64,000 nt of DNA from Podarcis bocagei (lineage: Eukaryota). Below, one piece after another: positions 13,860 to 25,988 of the stretch (within the stretch, counting starts at the first letter, position 1; every line of letters begins with the position of its first letter). Below the pieces are notes generated by a model, which was not told the origin of the DNA, searched no databases, and saw only the letters and a list, made by a program, of their open reading frames with translations. Both the position numbers and the translations under genes were made by a program. The stretch is from the NCBI GenBank assembly GCA_964188305.1, contig OZ076887.1; one strand, 5' to 3'.

Positions 13860-14443
13860 CTAATTTAGAATAAGAAGAAACCTGAATAGAAATGTTCAGA
13901 AGCTCTCATAGAGGTTAATGTTCAAACAACCAAATATCAAAGCTTTCATCAGACACTATTTCTGAGAGTATGCTGTAAACATGATAGCAGCTGCACACAG
14001 TTTAAAGAAGCTGAATATAGAAGGTATGAGATAAACCTCACAAATGCTGTAAGTAAAGAGACCAGGTTTTGGATGGAACCGCCCAGCAGAAGTCTGGCCA
14101 TGCATTATGCGTGTGAAAATCCAAATCTCTGAATGGCTTGAAACCTGTAACAGACAGGTATTAATTCTGAAAAGGGGATGGCAAAACAAAGGTTAGTCGA
14201 AAACTATGTGTTAGATCAGTTCGTACATGTAATATTACCCGCATATAAAATGCTGTTGTGTTTTAAGCAATACAGAAGCAGACATGCAATGGCACTCATT
14301 GTTCTTAACGGTACTTTCATCCCTATTAAGCATATTTTTTAAATCCTGCATTTCCTGGGCTGAAGACTCTCCCTTCTCCCTCAATTGATTAAAAAAGAAA
14401 TTGTCCTTCAAAGTTAATCTTGTTTGGTGCTTGCAGACTAATA

Positions 14444-14612
14444 ATCATAGAGGGACCACAAGGGTCATCAAGTCCAGCCCCCTGCAATGCAGGAATCTCA
14501 ACTGAAGTGTCCAGGACAGATAGCCAATCAACCTCTGTTTAAAAACCTCCAAGGAAGGAGAGTCCACAACCTCTCGAGGGCGTTTGTTCCACTGTCAAAC
14601 AGCTCTTACTGT
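14444..14612 (-). mobile_element. CR1 LINE 3' fragment
   Basis: Similar to the 3' end of the CR1 at 57057 (ccacaaggg..catc.agtcca.cccc; ttccactgtc.aacagctcttact). Confidence 0.7.
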
Positions 14613-15306
14613 AGAACTCTGCTTCTTTCTTTTTCCCTGTTATTCCCTACTGCTAACAAATTCCCAATGCTCTTGAGTATATTATCTTCCATACACTAGA
14701 GCAGATGTAGGGAACCTTTGGCCCTCCAGATGTTTCTGAACTCCAGCAGTTTTAGTTCATCAATATCTGGAGGCCAAAGCTTCCCCACACCAGTGCTAGA
14801 GTGATCAGACCTCTTAGAAGGTCCTCGAGACGCAGAACAAGCACCTGTGGCTATTTCACCCACAAAAGGGCAGCACGCAAGTCGCAGAGTGATTTCCCCA
14901 AATCACAGAAGCATCCATTGTTGCTTCCTGGCACAGACTAGATGACAAAGCATCCTTCTTCAACAGATACCCAAAGTCTAACGTGCAGTCCTAGGTCTGC
15001 TACCTCAGCTTTATTTGTTTATTTATGACTCAGCTTTAAAGTCAAAGTCAAATCATTACCCACTGTTGGGTAAAGCATTTTATCATTTCTATATATTGCT
15101 GTTGAAACAAAACTTGCTGTTGAAGGAAGCACACAACTGGTCCCTCAAACATTTATCATGTGCTTCTAGAATTCTGAAGGATAGGCACACTGTATTCTTT
15201 TGCTTTCGATCTCAGCTAGAGTATAGTTTCTGCACTTCAACATTTTTTCACGTCTCCACTTGGGTTTGGTGTCATGCTAAGCACACAATCACACACAGAA
15301 GCAAAC

Positions 15307-15540
15307 CTTCTGGTCAACAAGAACTTGTTCTGTCTGTAAGAGAGTTTCAAAATGGTCGACTTGGGATCTTATTGTCTCTTGCATTTCCTGGAAGCGCTTC
15401 TGTGTGGTATTCAAGAGCCTCAAGAGCTGCTTGCTCTGGTTTGGGGAAAGATCTTGGGCATGCTCAGAAATGAAGAACTGAATATCAAGTGCTGTGGATT
15501 CCAACTGCATTTTTGTACATTCAAACTCTTTTTCCAGGTC
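15307..15540 (-). CDS. DST: BPAG1b-type exon ([15 protein letters not shown]...VDQK)
   Basis: ttgcag acceptor, AAG|GTTTGC donor, 234 bp; [20 protein letters not shown]. Confidence 0.94.
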
Positions 15541-16373
15541 CTGCAAATTAAGTAATAAAAATAGTTAGCATAAAAACCCCTGTAACAGCTTTTCCCAACC
15601 TGGTGCTCTCAAGATGTTTTGGCATGCAGCTTCCATAAGCCTCAGTCAGCATGGTTATGGGCCAATAGGAATTGTTACAAATCATCTAGAGGCCACCAGA
15701 TTGAGGAAGCCTGCCCTATCATTTGATAAAAGGTTAAGCTCACTCACTGGTTTTTTTAAATAATTCAAATATCTGATATGGAATTCACTCTATCAGTTCA
15801 TAATCCAGAGTCTATTAAAGAATACTACTAGACGTTTAGGTTTGTTGAGCCTTCCTCAAATTCATTGACTCGCAACATCAGATCTACATAATGTTAAGTG
15901 TAATGTTGGGGAGGAGAAGAGGAAAACTCCATTGTGTCAGCAGAAGCTGTTGTTCAAGTCTTCTGCTGAAACCACCATTTATTTTTGATCATTGCACTGA
16001 AGGGAATTACACTGAGGCTGTGTTTGCTACAGTCTTGGTGGCCATACGTGCAAAATATGTGACTGATAATGAGTTAAATCATAAACTTACTGACAGCATT
16101 TTCTGATGTTGAGCCTAGCACCAACCTCAAGGAAGAATTACTTTCTACTATTGATATTTAGAGCTTATGTAACCATTCTGTTAAAACTATATGAGTGTTA
16201 CTTGCAGAAATCCTGACTGCCTATCCGAACTAGCAATAATCACCCAAACTATCACTACTTTTGAACATGTAGGTTAGCGGTAACTAGTACTGAATCAGAG
16301 TGGAGATCACCTACAAAACATCATATCTAGAAGTTAACAGTCACTGACAGATTAGGCACCAAGTGATACATGC

Positions 16374-16520
16374 CTTGATTAACTGAAACCTTTGCTTCAC
16401 ATCTTCTATATCACTTGTATCCACTTTGAGATTATTCATTATTTCACTCTTCTCCTCAATCCAACCTGTAAACTCCTGAAGCTTGACTAGATGTTTCTGA
16501 TGAAGCACTGAAAGTTTAGC
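16374..16520 (-). CDS. DST: BPAG1b-type exon (AKLSVLHQKH...QRFQLIK) with GC donor
   Basis: tttctag acceptor, AAG|GCATGT donor, 147 bp. Confidence 0.85.
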
Positions 16521-16812
16521 CTAGAAAAGAAGTTCAAATAAGATATTTGTCCGACAACAGACCTAAACCAAACTAAAATGAAAACCAAACCAAAAGATTT
16601 CAGTTAGATGACAGTGAAACAAAACTACTGACATAATTGGAAAAATAAGGAGATACTTTTTCCACTATATACAGTATTTTTCGCCCTATAAGACGCACTT
16701 TTTCCCCTCCAAAAATGAAGGGGAAATGTGGGTGCGTCCTATGGGGCGAATGCAGGCTTTCGCTGAAGCCTGGAGAGCGAGAGCGGTAGGTGCGCACCGA
16801 CCCCTCTCGCTC

Positions 16813-17433
16813 TCCAGGCTTCGCGGACCTCTCCTCAAGCAGCGGGAACGCTCCCGCTGCTTGGGGAGAGTTGCCGGCATCGCGAAGCCTGCGCGCTCTG
16901 AGATCAGCGCGCCCAGGCTTCGCGGACCTCTCCTCAAGCAGCGGGAATGCTCCCGCTGCTTGGGGAGAGTTGCCGGCATCCCGAAGCCTTCGCGCGCTGA
17001 GATCAGTGCGTCCAGGCTTTGCGGACCTCTCCTCAAGCAGCGGGAACGCTCCCGCTGCTTGGGGAGAGTTGCCGGCATCCCGAAGCCTGCGCGCGCTGAT
17101 CTCAGCGCGTCCAGGCTTCGCGGATCTCTCCTCAAGCAGCGGGAACGCTCCTGCTGCTTGGGGAGAGTTGCCTGCATCCCGAAGCCTGGGCGGCTGATCT
17201 CAGCGCGTCCAGGCTTCGCGGACCTCTCCGCAAGCAGCGGGAACGCTCCCGCTGCTTGGGGAGAGTTGCTGGCATCCCGAAGCCTGCGCGCGCTGATCTC
17301 AGCGCGTCCAGGCTTCGCGGACCTCTCCTCAAGCAGCGGGAATGCTCCCGCTGCTTGGGGAGAGTTGCCGGCATCCCGAAGCCTGCGCGCGCTGATCTCA
17401 GCGCGTCCAGGCTTCGCGGACCTCTCCTCAAGC
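16813..17433. repeat. 99-bp GC-rich minisatellite, 6 full units plus a partial
   Basis: CAGGCTT recurs at 16815, 16914, 17013, 17112, 17210, 17309, 17408. Confidence 0.95.
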
Positions 17434-17780
17434 ACCGGGTGCGCGAGGCTTGGGGCGGCAGCCTGTCGCCTGAAGCACGGGGAGCCCTCCGGAGGGCTCC
17501 CCCTGCTTCGGGCGAGTGTCTGCAAGCCTCCCGCGCCCGGCAGGAGGTCCCACCGGGTGCGCGAGGCTTGGGGCGGCAGCCTGTCGCCCGAAGCAGGGGG
17601 AGCCCTCCGGAGGGCTCCCCTTGCTTTGGGCGAGTGTCTGCAAGCCTCGCGCGCCCGGCAGGAGGTCCCGCCGGGTGCGCGAGGCTTGGGGCGGCAGCCT
17701 GTCGCCCGAAGCAGGGGGAGCCCTCCGGAGGGCTTCCCCTGCTTCGGGCAGGTGAGCGCAAGGCTTGGGGCGGCAGCCAG
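17434..17780. repeat. 118-bp GC-rich minisatellite, ~2.8 units
   Basis: CCGGGTGCGCGAGGCTTGGGG at 17435, 17553, 17671. Confidence 0.93.
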
Positions 17781-18184
17781 GGCTGGGGGGGGGAATAATT
17801 TTTTTTAATTCATTTCCCCCCAAAAAAATGAGGTGCGTCTTATGGGCCGGTGCGCCTTATAGGACGAAAAATACGGTACGTGGCATATTTTAGATCTACA
17901 AGAACACTTTGCTGATGATACCATTTGCATATGCAAAGTCTATTTAATTCTGACACTCCAACAAGGGGCAAAAGCGTTTATATCACTTATCTAACAAAAA
18001 TTCTTTAGGAGAGAGCAAATTCTTTCCAATCCCAGTTACCATTTCACAATAATGGAACTCCTTTTCTTTCAAAACTCACTAAATAATGAGACTAAGAACA
18101 AATTCATGTACACACGCTTATCAATTTAGGTTGGTATTTTTGTAATGTGCTTTGAGACCATTTAGTGCAGGGTGGGTTATAAGT

Positions 18185-18230
<46 letters not shown>
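18185..18230. repeat. (CTA)n microsatellite
   Basis: Seen directly. Confidence 0.95.
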
Positions 18231-18234
<4 letters not shown>

Positions 18235-18702
18235 TCCACCACAATCAATGGATACACAACTGAACATGACAACATTAAAATGAATTGTTTGAGAAAGCTC
18301 TTGTCTGCGGTGCTGATCTATGATCACTGAATCACACATGCACATCATCATTTTATGTTCAAGTAATCAAAGGATGCACAAGTTTTTGTATTCACTGTGA
18401 TTCAGAAGGAATGCATCTGCAATCCTACACACACTTTCCTACAAATAAGCCCCAATGAACACAGAAGGCACGCATAGGATTGTGCTGCAAGTGATCATTC
18501 ATTGTGAACAAACTTTTAGAGCATGGGTTCCAGCTAGCTAGTATCAAGCAATAAATTTGTCACCACGTATGCAAAACCATTTTACAATACTTATTTGCAT
18601 TTTACACTTGGTTTTGTTTAAAAAGGTTGAACTAAATCTAAGTTTGGAATTGGATAGGTTAAAAATCTATAGAAGTAAAATAGATGTGGGCTATGAACCT
18701 AC

Positions 18703-18918
18703 CATTTCAGAGTCTACTGCCAAGACTATTTGCTTTGCTCGATTTGAAGACATTTCGCAGACCCCAAAGAAATCCTTCTCCAAACATTCATAGCTTTCTT
18801 TTAGATCCACAAGCTGTGCTCTGGGAACATCCTTGTGCTGAAATTTTAGAAACTCTTCTGCTAACTTCATATCTTTTCGTAGAGTAACAGCAAAGCCAGC
18901 AAGCCCTGATTCAAATGA
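18703..18918 (-). CDS. DST: BPAG1b-type exon (SFESGLAGFAVTLRKDMKLAEEFLK...AVDSEM)
   Basis: ttttgtag acceptor, ATG|GTAGGT donor, 216 bp; LRKDMKLAEEFLK matches recalled DST. Confidence 0.92.
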
Positions 18919-19852
18919 CTACAAAAAAATAAATACAGATGAGGTGCATTAAGGTCTTGCCTAAAATTAGTAGCACTGCGTGCAAGACAGAAAAATAAAC
19001 TTCTGCATTTTAGGGAGAAGCACCATTAGTCCTAGAGATGGCTGGGAGACCTGAAATCCCCACCCAGCCATGCTGTTCATGGGCACTCAACAAGTCACTA
19101 GCCACCTCACAGGGCTGATGCAAGAATAAAATGGGGTCACCCCACCTAAAATTGCCCTGGGAACCTTGGGAAATGGCCACACAAATGAGATAAATTAACC
19201 CTAGAACCCAAGATACACATCTCTTTATTTTGCTATGTCTCATTCCCAACTCACCTGCCACACTGCTCATATCATTTTCCATACTATGGCAATAGCTCTT
19301 CCTCCAACCACTGCTGCACCACCCCTTTCCTTCATCTCAGCATCCATCTATCCAGGGATACCTTAACTTTAGACATTGTGGCCAGGCTCATCATGCTCTC
19401 TTCTCTCTTCCTCCTACAAATTAGCAGGAATGGACTACAAAATGCATGCACCATAGAGAGAGAATCACCCATGGAGAGAGTGTAATGTGTAGCCCAAGCC
19501 CGTAAATGGGATCGGTGGGGAAAGGACTCAAGTGTGTGCCGTTCCATTGATTTGTATTAGATGACAAATGGGTGCACATTTCTGTGCCTTTCGGTGAGAG
19601 AAATGTGGGGTGATGATCACTGGCTAATGTTAAGTATATTTTTTATGATTTGTCAAATATATTTAGCATATTTATGAAAGATAATACATATTTAACTACA
19701 CTCTTATTCTGATGACTTCTGTTTTGAGGGTCTTATGAGCTACCTTGAATATATTATTTTGCATGGAAGATCAGCACATAAAGAGACTTAGTACTAATGA
19801 CATCTGACCTCACTATTTAACCTCGCTTTCTCTCTACAGATAAGACGCTTAC

Positions 19853-19987
19853 CTCTAACTGCTCAAGTTGTATTTTTAGGTCTTCCAGGTCATTACTGAT
19901 GGGCTGCAGGTCATCCAAGAGAAATTTCATATCTTGAACCACTGTCAAATGTCTCCTCATATTCTCCAAGTACCAAGAGCATTGCTT
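19853..19987 (-). CDS. DST: BPAG1b-type exon (KQCSWYLEN...QLEQLE)
   Basis: ttttcag acceptor, GAG|GTAAGC donor, 135 bp open frame. Confidence 0.9.
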
Positions 19988-20309
19988 CTGAAAATATTAT
20001 TGTCATTTTAGTATAACTAGAACTTATCAACACAGTAGCAGAAAAACACTTTTAAAAACAAAAAGGATGGTGTGTGTTTCTTTAAAAAAATATGCCTAGA
20101 GATGCAATTTAAATGTTCATCTGTGATTCTACTATGATGTTAACCAGAGGACATTCAATTCCTTGTGATAGGTGATTCAGTGCATACTGGTAATATAGGT
20201 GCCATGTTTTGATTATGCTAACAAGCACAAGCACCAAAATGAACTAAATAAATTTTTCATTTGTTTTACGTGTCTTTACTTAAGACAAAAATTGTAAGTT
20301 GCTACTCAC

Positions 20310-23300
20310 CATGCTCTTTGAATCAGGTCTTGGTCCAGAGTCCTCTGTTTCCAAGGTTTCAGAGAAGCTTTTTGGTTGCTGGTATGGCTTCTCGGGCTGA
20401 GGGTATCCTTTCGAACCAAGAGCCTTACTGAATGCTTCAGTACTCTCTCCAGCAGTTTCTGCTTTTAATCCTGATGAACTTGTAGTTTCTCTTGAGATGG
20501 GAAAGGCATGGTCATACTGAGAAGCGTTTTTCTCCTGCTCTCTTTCTGTCTGGGCCTTCATGTCCCTTGTCTCACGGGTGCTCTCATTTCTTTGACTGCA
20601 GTGGTCTTGTTTCAGTATATCGAGGAGGAGATCAGGACTTCTATTATCAAGCCAAATAGGTGGGTTAGAATTAGGTTCGTTTGCATGTATGCACAACGAA
20701 GCAGCCATTGAGGCACTTCTAGTATCCTCACTTCTATGTTGGACAGCAGATTTGGCAGGGTCCTCGTTTTCCCAGTGTGTGCTATCAACCATTTTAAGTA
20801 AATTTTGCATTAAAGCTTTTGTGCCAATATAACTTAAAGGTTCCTCTTCCTGCTTGCAGTAAACATCTTTTATATTTCCTTTAAGTATTTTTGTTAAGCT
20901 TTCAGGTAATGTGGGAGGCACTTCAGGAAAAACAACTTCCTGATCATTGACTGGGGCAGAATTAGAAAGCATCACATCTTTTAGTGATTGCTGCATTTTT
21001 ATCTGGATGCCATTTTGAGAGAAAGTAGGCTCATGGTCTAGAATGTCATCTTCCGTAGGCTTCCCCAAACTACTGTTTTGAGTGACCTCTGCTTCATGTG
21101 CTTTCTGCTCATAGCTATTCTGGCTATCATCTCTGGTGTCTAAAGTACTAGAAGAAGATCCAATTACACATGTATCTTCTCCAGAAGCTGTTTCATCAGT
21201 CTTGCTCCCTACTTTTCCAATAGCTTCAACACGCTCCATATTGTTGAAATCACATTTGTAGCTTTCATTATGATACACCTTGGAATGAGCACTAGCCTCT
21301 TTACTAACTTTATCTCTTGTAGGTTCTGATACAACTGATGCAGGAAACAGCTGTTGTTTGGGGTGCAATTCTTTTAGGTGCTGTTTTCCCTCGCAGTTTC
21401 CACTTCCTGATACCACTAGTTCCTCTCTATTCTCTTCACTGTCTCTTTCACCTTCCTTTAGGTAAGATGAACCATTCTCTCTCATTGCTAAGATATCCTT
21501 GGCCATTATATCTTTCGCACTTTGCTTTAAATAAGTAGAGAGGTCAAACCCCTCTACATAGTGCACTGATTCATCTTTAGCAATGTCACTGGAGTCTGTA
21601 ACCAATGTGGGCTTATTTGAAATTTGATCAATACTTATTTTTTCATCATATGAGGCAGTAATTTCATAACCATTTTTAATAACTGATGAATAAGGCGCCC
21701 TAAAGCTTCCACTGGATTCCTGGATATGACCTTCCTTCAGAATGCACACTCCATTTTTATTTTGTTCCAGAGCACCAATTTCTACTTGACTATGTGGCAT
21801 ACTGGTAGATGCTTGTTTTCCATTACCTACTTCTTGTCTTTTCTCACAATTTAAACATGGCATTGATATATCATCAAGAATTTTAGCTTCCCTGTGTTCA
21901 GCATGTAAGTTTCTTTGAGAAGGTATATCAGACTTGGCACTAATATTTTCTGTTCCAATTGCGTCTTCTGATGTTGCACCATTGCTTATGCTTAATTGGG
22001 AGGTTTGACTGTTCTGTAATGCAAGGTTGTCTTGCATGAAAGGGTCAGAAGCCTGTTCTGTTTCTTGCTGGCTTCCCTCTTTACTTTTACATGGTAGGTC
22101 CTGAATGTTTTCTTTAACAACATCAGCTAAATTTTGATATTCATCAGCACTGTAGCTTTCAGGGCACCATAAACCATTGTTTCCTGTTGCCTCTGAAAGT
22201 GCAGACACCCGGACCCCAATGTTTTTATCATGGCACTGAGAGTAATGCATTTCCAATACCTCTTCATCTTCATAATCTGTCTCTTCGTAAGTATCATAAT
22301 CAAAATCCACATAATCATAACCTTCAAAATCATCCCCACTGTCACTATCACCATTATCGCTACTGCCATTCTCATCACTATTGCCACTGCCATCAACATC
22401 ACTGTCATTATCCATACATATGCTTTCATGTTCACTCTCAGAGTCATCTTCTTTCGTTTTAATGCCCTTGTGCTCACCCCTTTGCATTTTAGCTTCATCC
22501 AACTTTTCCAGGGAGCTGTCAATCTCTTTACTTTCTTCCCTTTCTTTTTTCTGACCATTATCTTCTATATCTCTACTGCTTTCTGCCTTGTCTTCTAGAA
22601 TTGTGCCTAGTAGCCTTGCATTGAGTGCTGCCATATTTATAATTTCAAGTGTATCAGAGTCACTTGTTTCACTAAAGCACAGAATGCATTCTTCTTCCCT
22701 ACTTGGGTTGCCTGTGGAAGATTTTGCTTTTTCTTGCAGCTTATCTGCTGCTCCATTGATGGCTACTGCACTGTGGACGAGCTCTGGAGTAGCATCTTCT
22801 TTAACAACAGAGTCACCTTTGTTTATTCTGTCTGAGCTATAAACTGTACCACTGATATGATCAATTTGCGGAGCATCACAGGCTTCACTGAGATCTTTAT
22901 GTTGAGTTGGATCACAAGGATCTTCTGACTGAGTACTATGTTCTCTTTTAGGCAACAGCTCAGATTGCTTGCTGTTATTGCCTTCCAGAACTAGCGAGCC
23001 ACATTCAAATGTTGACTTGCTGTCATTCACAGGTGGTTCATCATGCTTCATACTAGCACTGACTTCCAAAGGTGATGTGGACTCACTATCAGTATTGATT
23101 TTAATGGATGATCCATCAAGAGTGTCAGTAGTGACTTCTACTGGGAGCCCAGCATTTGTATCAATGGAATCCTTGAGTGGACATCCAGCATGAGTAATAG
23201 CACCGTTTCTCTGAATCGGTCCAATATATTTATCTTCAGTATGATATTCCAACAGTGCAATGCCATCAGAACTGGTATGGTCATCAAGCAAAGATACACT

Positions 23301-25988
23301 ACATATATTAGCCTTATCTATGGGTTGTTCTCCATCACTGATATTCATCTGATTTTCTATAGGTTGCCCACTTTCAGTCTGTTCTTCCTGTAATAATCCA
23401 TGGATCAAATTTACAGTGTCTTCCAGGAGGGAATCACCATTAGAAGTATTTTCTAGGACTGACATGCTATAGTTATTGGTGCAATCTTCCAGTAACTGAC
23501 TGTCACGTGTATGCACTCTAGTTTCCAATGGTAATGCATCTTGTATGCTGGTGTAGTTTTCCAATAGACAGCCAGCAAATTTATTAGCATGGTCTTCCAA
23601 TTGTGAATTGCCACAGCTATCTGTAATGTCTTCTCGTGGTGGCCTATCATTCATATGAAGACATGCACCATGCATTATGGAGTGGTCTTCTAATGGCAAC
23701 TTGCCATTCCTATCATCATTGTTATGCAATATTGGGGTGACATTCGTTTCCGCTTGCAATACCCCACTCTCATTACAAGTCTCTAATTCTTTCTTAGTGC
23801 GTTCATTTAAACATTTTTGGTCAGGTTCTATACTAGTGTATAAACTATCCTGAAAGTCATATTTTACCTCATCTTTCACCTCATCGTTCTTCATTAGCAT
23901 AATGCCTTCTTCAATCTGCAAAACCTGAGGCATGCATTTTTGCAGGCTGTTGTCCATGAGATGTGAAATGTTAGTGCTTGCTTGAGCTTTCTCATCTTTC
24001 TTAATAGCTGAAGAATAATTTGCATCCAAAACACTATTGAAGATGCCTGGGGGGTCGTTTTCACTTCCCTTAATGTTCTCCCCCTCTACTATGCAAATAT
24101 TATCTTCATTTACTATTGGAGGAAGGTTTCCTTGTGAACAGTTTGAAAGAGATGCTTTCATTTCAGCATTTTCAGCATTTGCTTGGTCAGTTAAATTTTC
24201 ATACACTTCCACTGGCATTTGTTCTGGAAGTTTCAGTAAACTTCCAAGTGCATTTTCTTTTTCAATATTTTGACCTGGATTCATTTCCTTTCCAGGTCTA
24301 TTCGTGACACATTCTGACTGCTCTGAAGCACCAGCCACAATATGAAAACCATTTCTCCCTGAGACTATGTCATTCTGGTGATCTTTACAAAATGCCTCCC
24401 TCTTATTGCTGCTGGACATAATTTGAATACTTGTATCTTGTTCTGAAACATTGCTAGTGATATCACTAAACATTGCCCCTTTAGGCTGTTGCTCAGTATG
24501 TTGTGCTTTTGTGTTTAAACACAATTGCCCCTCAGTCTCATTTGTATTATTTTCAGAACGACTGCCATCCATTAACAGGCTGACTGTTTCATTTAAGTCA
24601 CCACAATGCAACAAAAGCCTCTGACCGGTGTTCGCATCCATACAACTATTTATCATTAGGTAAGACATGAATAGCTTTTGAGTTTGTTCTGAGTGGCAAG
24701 GTATGGGCTCACTGGTGCTAGAAGTGTTTACATCCTTTCCATCAGCATGTTGGTTGGATGCCTGGAGTTCACAAGACGAGAGCCATCTTGCAGCTTTTTT
24801 CAAAGGCAATGGTATATCTTCCACATTAGGCATTTCATCAGGTAGGGTAACACTATTCAAAATTGATGAAGTGTTGCTTTCTATGACTCCCTGCTGGGCT
24901 GCATCATCCAGGCTGATCACTTCACAAGTTTCTGGAATATAGAGTGCTGCTATTTTTTGCCGCCCCTTTAGAATTTTGCAGGCCTGCTCATTAGTGATCA
25001 TGCCTTGATGCAAAGATGTAGATACAGGAAATATTTCCCCACTATGTGGCCAGATGAGTCCAATGAAGCCTCGTTGTGCCTGTAGTACCAGCAAGGCACT
25101 ACTAGAAGAGATCAGGTTGCACTGCACAGCTTCATCTACAGACAAACGTTTTGATGAATTTTGACACAAGATCCCACCTGTCTGAAGCTGATGAGTCAAA
25201 ATAGCACAAGCAGCATCCTGGTCAATAACCCCTTCTCTCATTGCTTCTTCAACAGTCATTCTGTGTCCTGTATCAGGATGAATTATGCCGCCAGAAAGCA
25301 GCTGGGCACCTAATAGCCTGAACATGGTCTCCTTCTCTATGAGTCCTTCATGAGCTGCTCTCAAAATAGTTATCTTCCTTCCACATTTTAGTGTTATTTT
25401 GCCTCTTTCTTGAGGGGTCACAGGCAAGAGTCTCAAGCCTGTTTCTTTATGTACTACAGTTCTTTCAAGCAATTCCTCAAGGGTTATCTTCTCTGCAGTG
25501 TTGGGGTCAATAAGGTCTTTGCTCATGTCACATCTTTCCAGGAGTTTAGTGTATAATGCTGCAGAGATCAGATTCTTCTGAAAAGCTCTGTGCAAAGTCA
25601 GCTGTTCTCCCGTGGCTGGTATCATTAGGTGTCCTCTGGAAAGCTGAATCTCAAGAATTTTAATAGCAAGAGGTTCTGAAATTAAACCCTGTTCCAAAGC
25701 AGCTACAACTGGGAGTGCTGCTGATTGCAATCCTGAAATGACCATCTTAGCATTCTGTAAACCTTGTAGTTGCAATACAGCTTGGTCATCGACAAGTTCA
25801 TGGGCTTTGGCTTCTTCAAGGTCAAAACTTCTTCCCAGGGCTGGTGAAATTATATCTGATAAAATGAGCTGGCTCTGAAGTAACTGAATTCCAGTGTCAT
25901 AGTCAATGAGGCCTTTATAAATTGATTGCAAGACTGAAAACATCTCTCCAGTTGTTTGATCAATAATGCCAGCTATGACTTTATCCTC
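20310..25988 (-). CDS. DST: BPAG1b-specific giant exon (1893 codons): plakin-repeat domain followed by a long, probably disordered acidic region
   Basis: cttttag|GAG acceptor, ATG|GTGAGT donor, 5679 bp; begins EDKVIAGIIDQTTGE; plakin-repeat motifs LLGAQLLSGGIIHP, SCMDANTGQRLLL. Confidence 0.95.

Larger units (their letters stand above)
16672..17876. mobile_element. Non-autonomous TcMar-Tc2-type DNA transposon containing two palindromic minisatellite arrays
   Basis: TA|CAGTATTTTTCGCCCTATAAGACGCAC ... GTGCGCCTTATAGGACGAAAAATACGG|TA; ~27-bp TIRs resembling MER104/Kanga termini; no transposase. Confidence 0.85.

Noticed and set aside
16813-17780. Regularly spaced palindromic repeats superficially like a CRISPR array
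   Set aside because: Units are contiguous with no unique spacers, there are no cas genes, and the context is a vertebrate intron.
16686-17823. Long overlapping ORFs (279, 360, 209, 180 aa) on both strands
   Set aside because: By-products of a stop-poor, GC-rich 99-bp (33-codon) minisatellite inside a MITE; open in several frames on both strands, with no recognisable domain.
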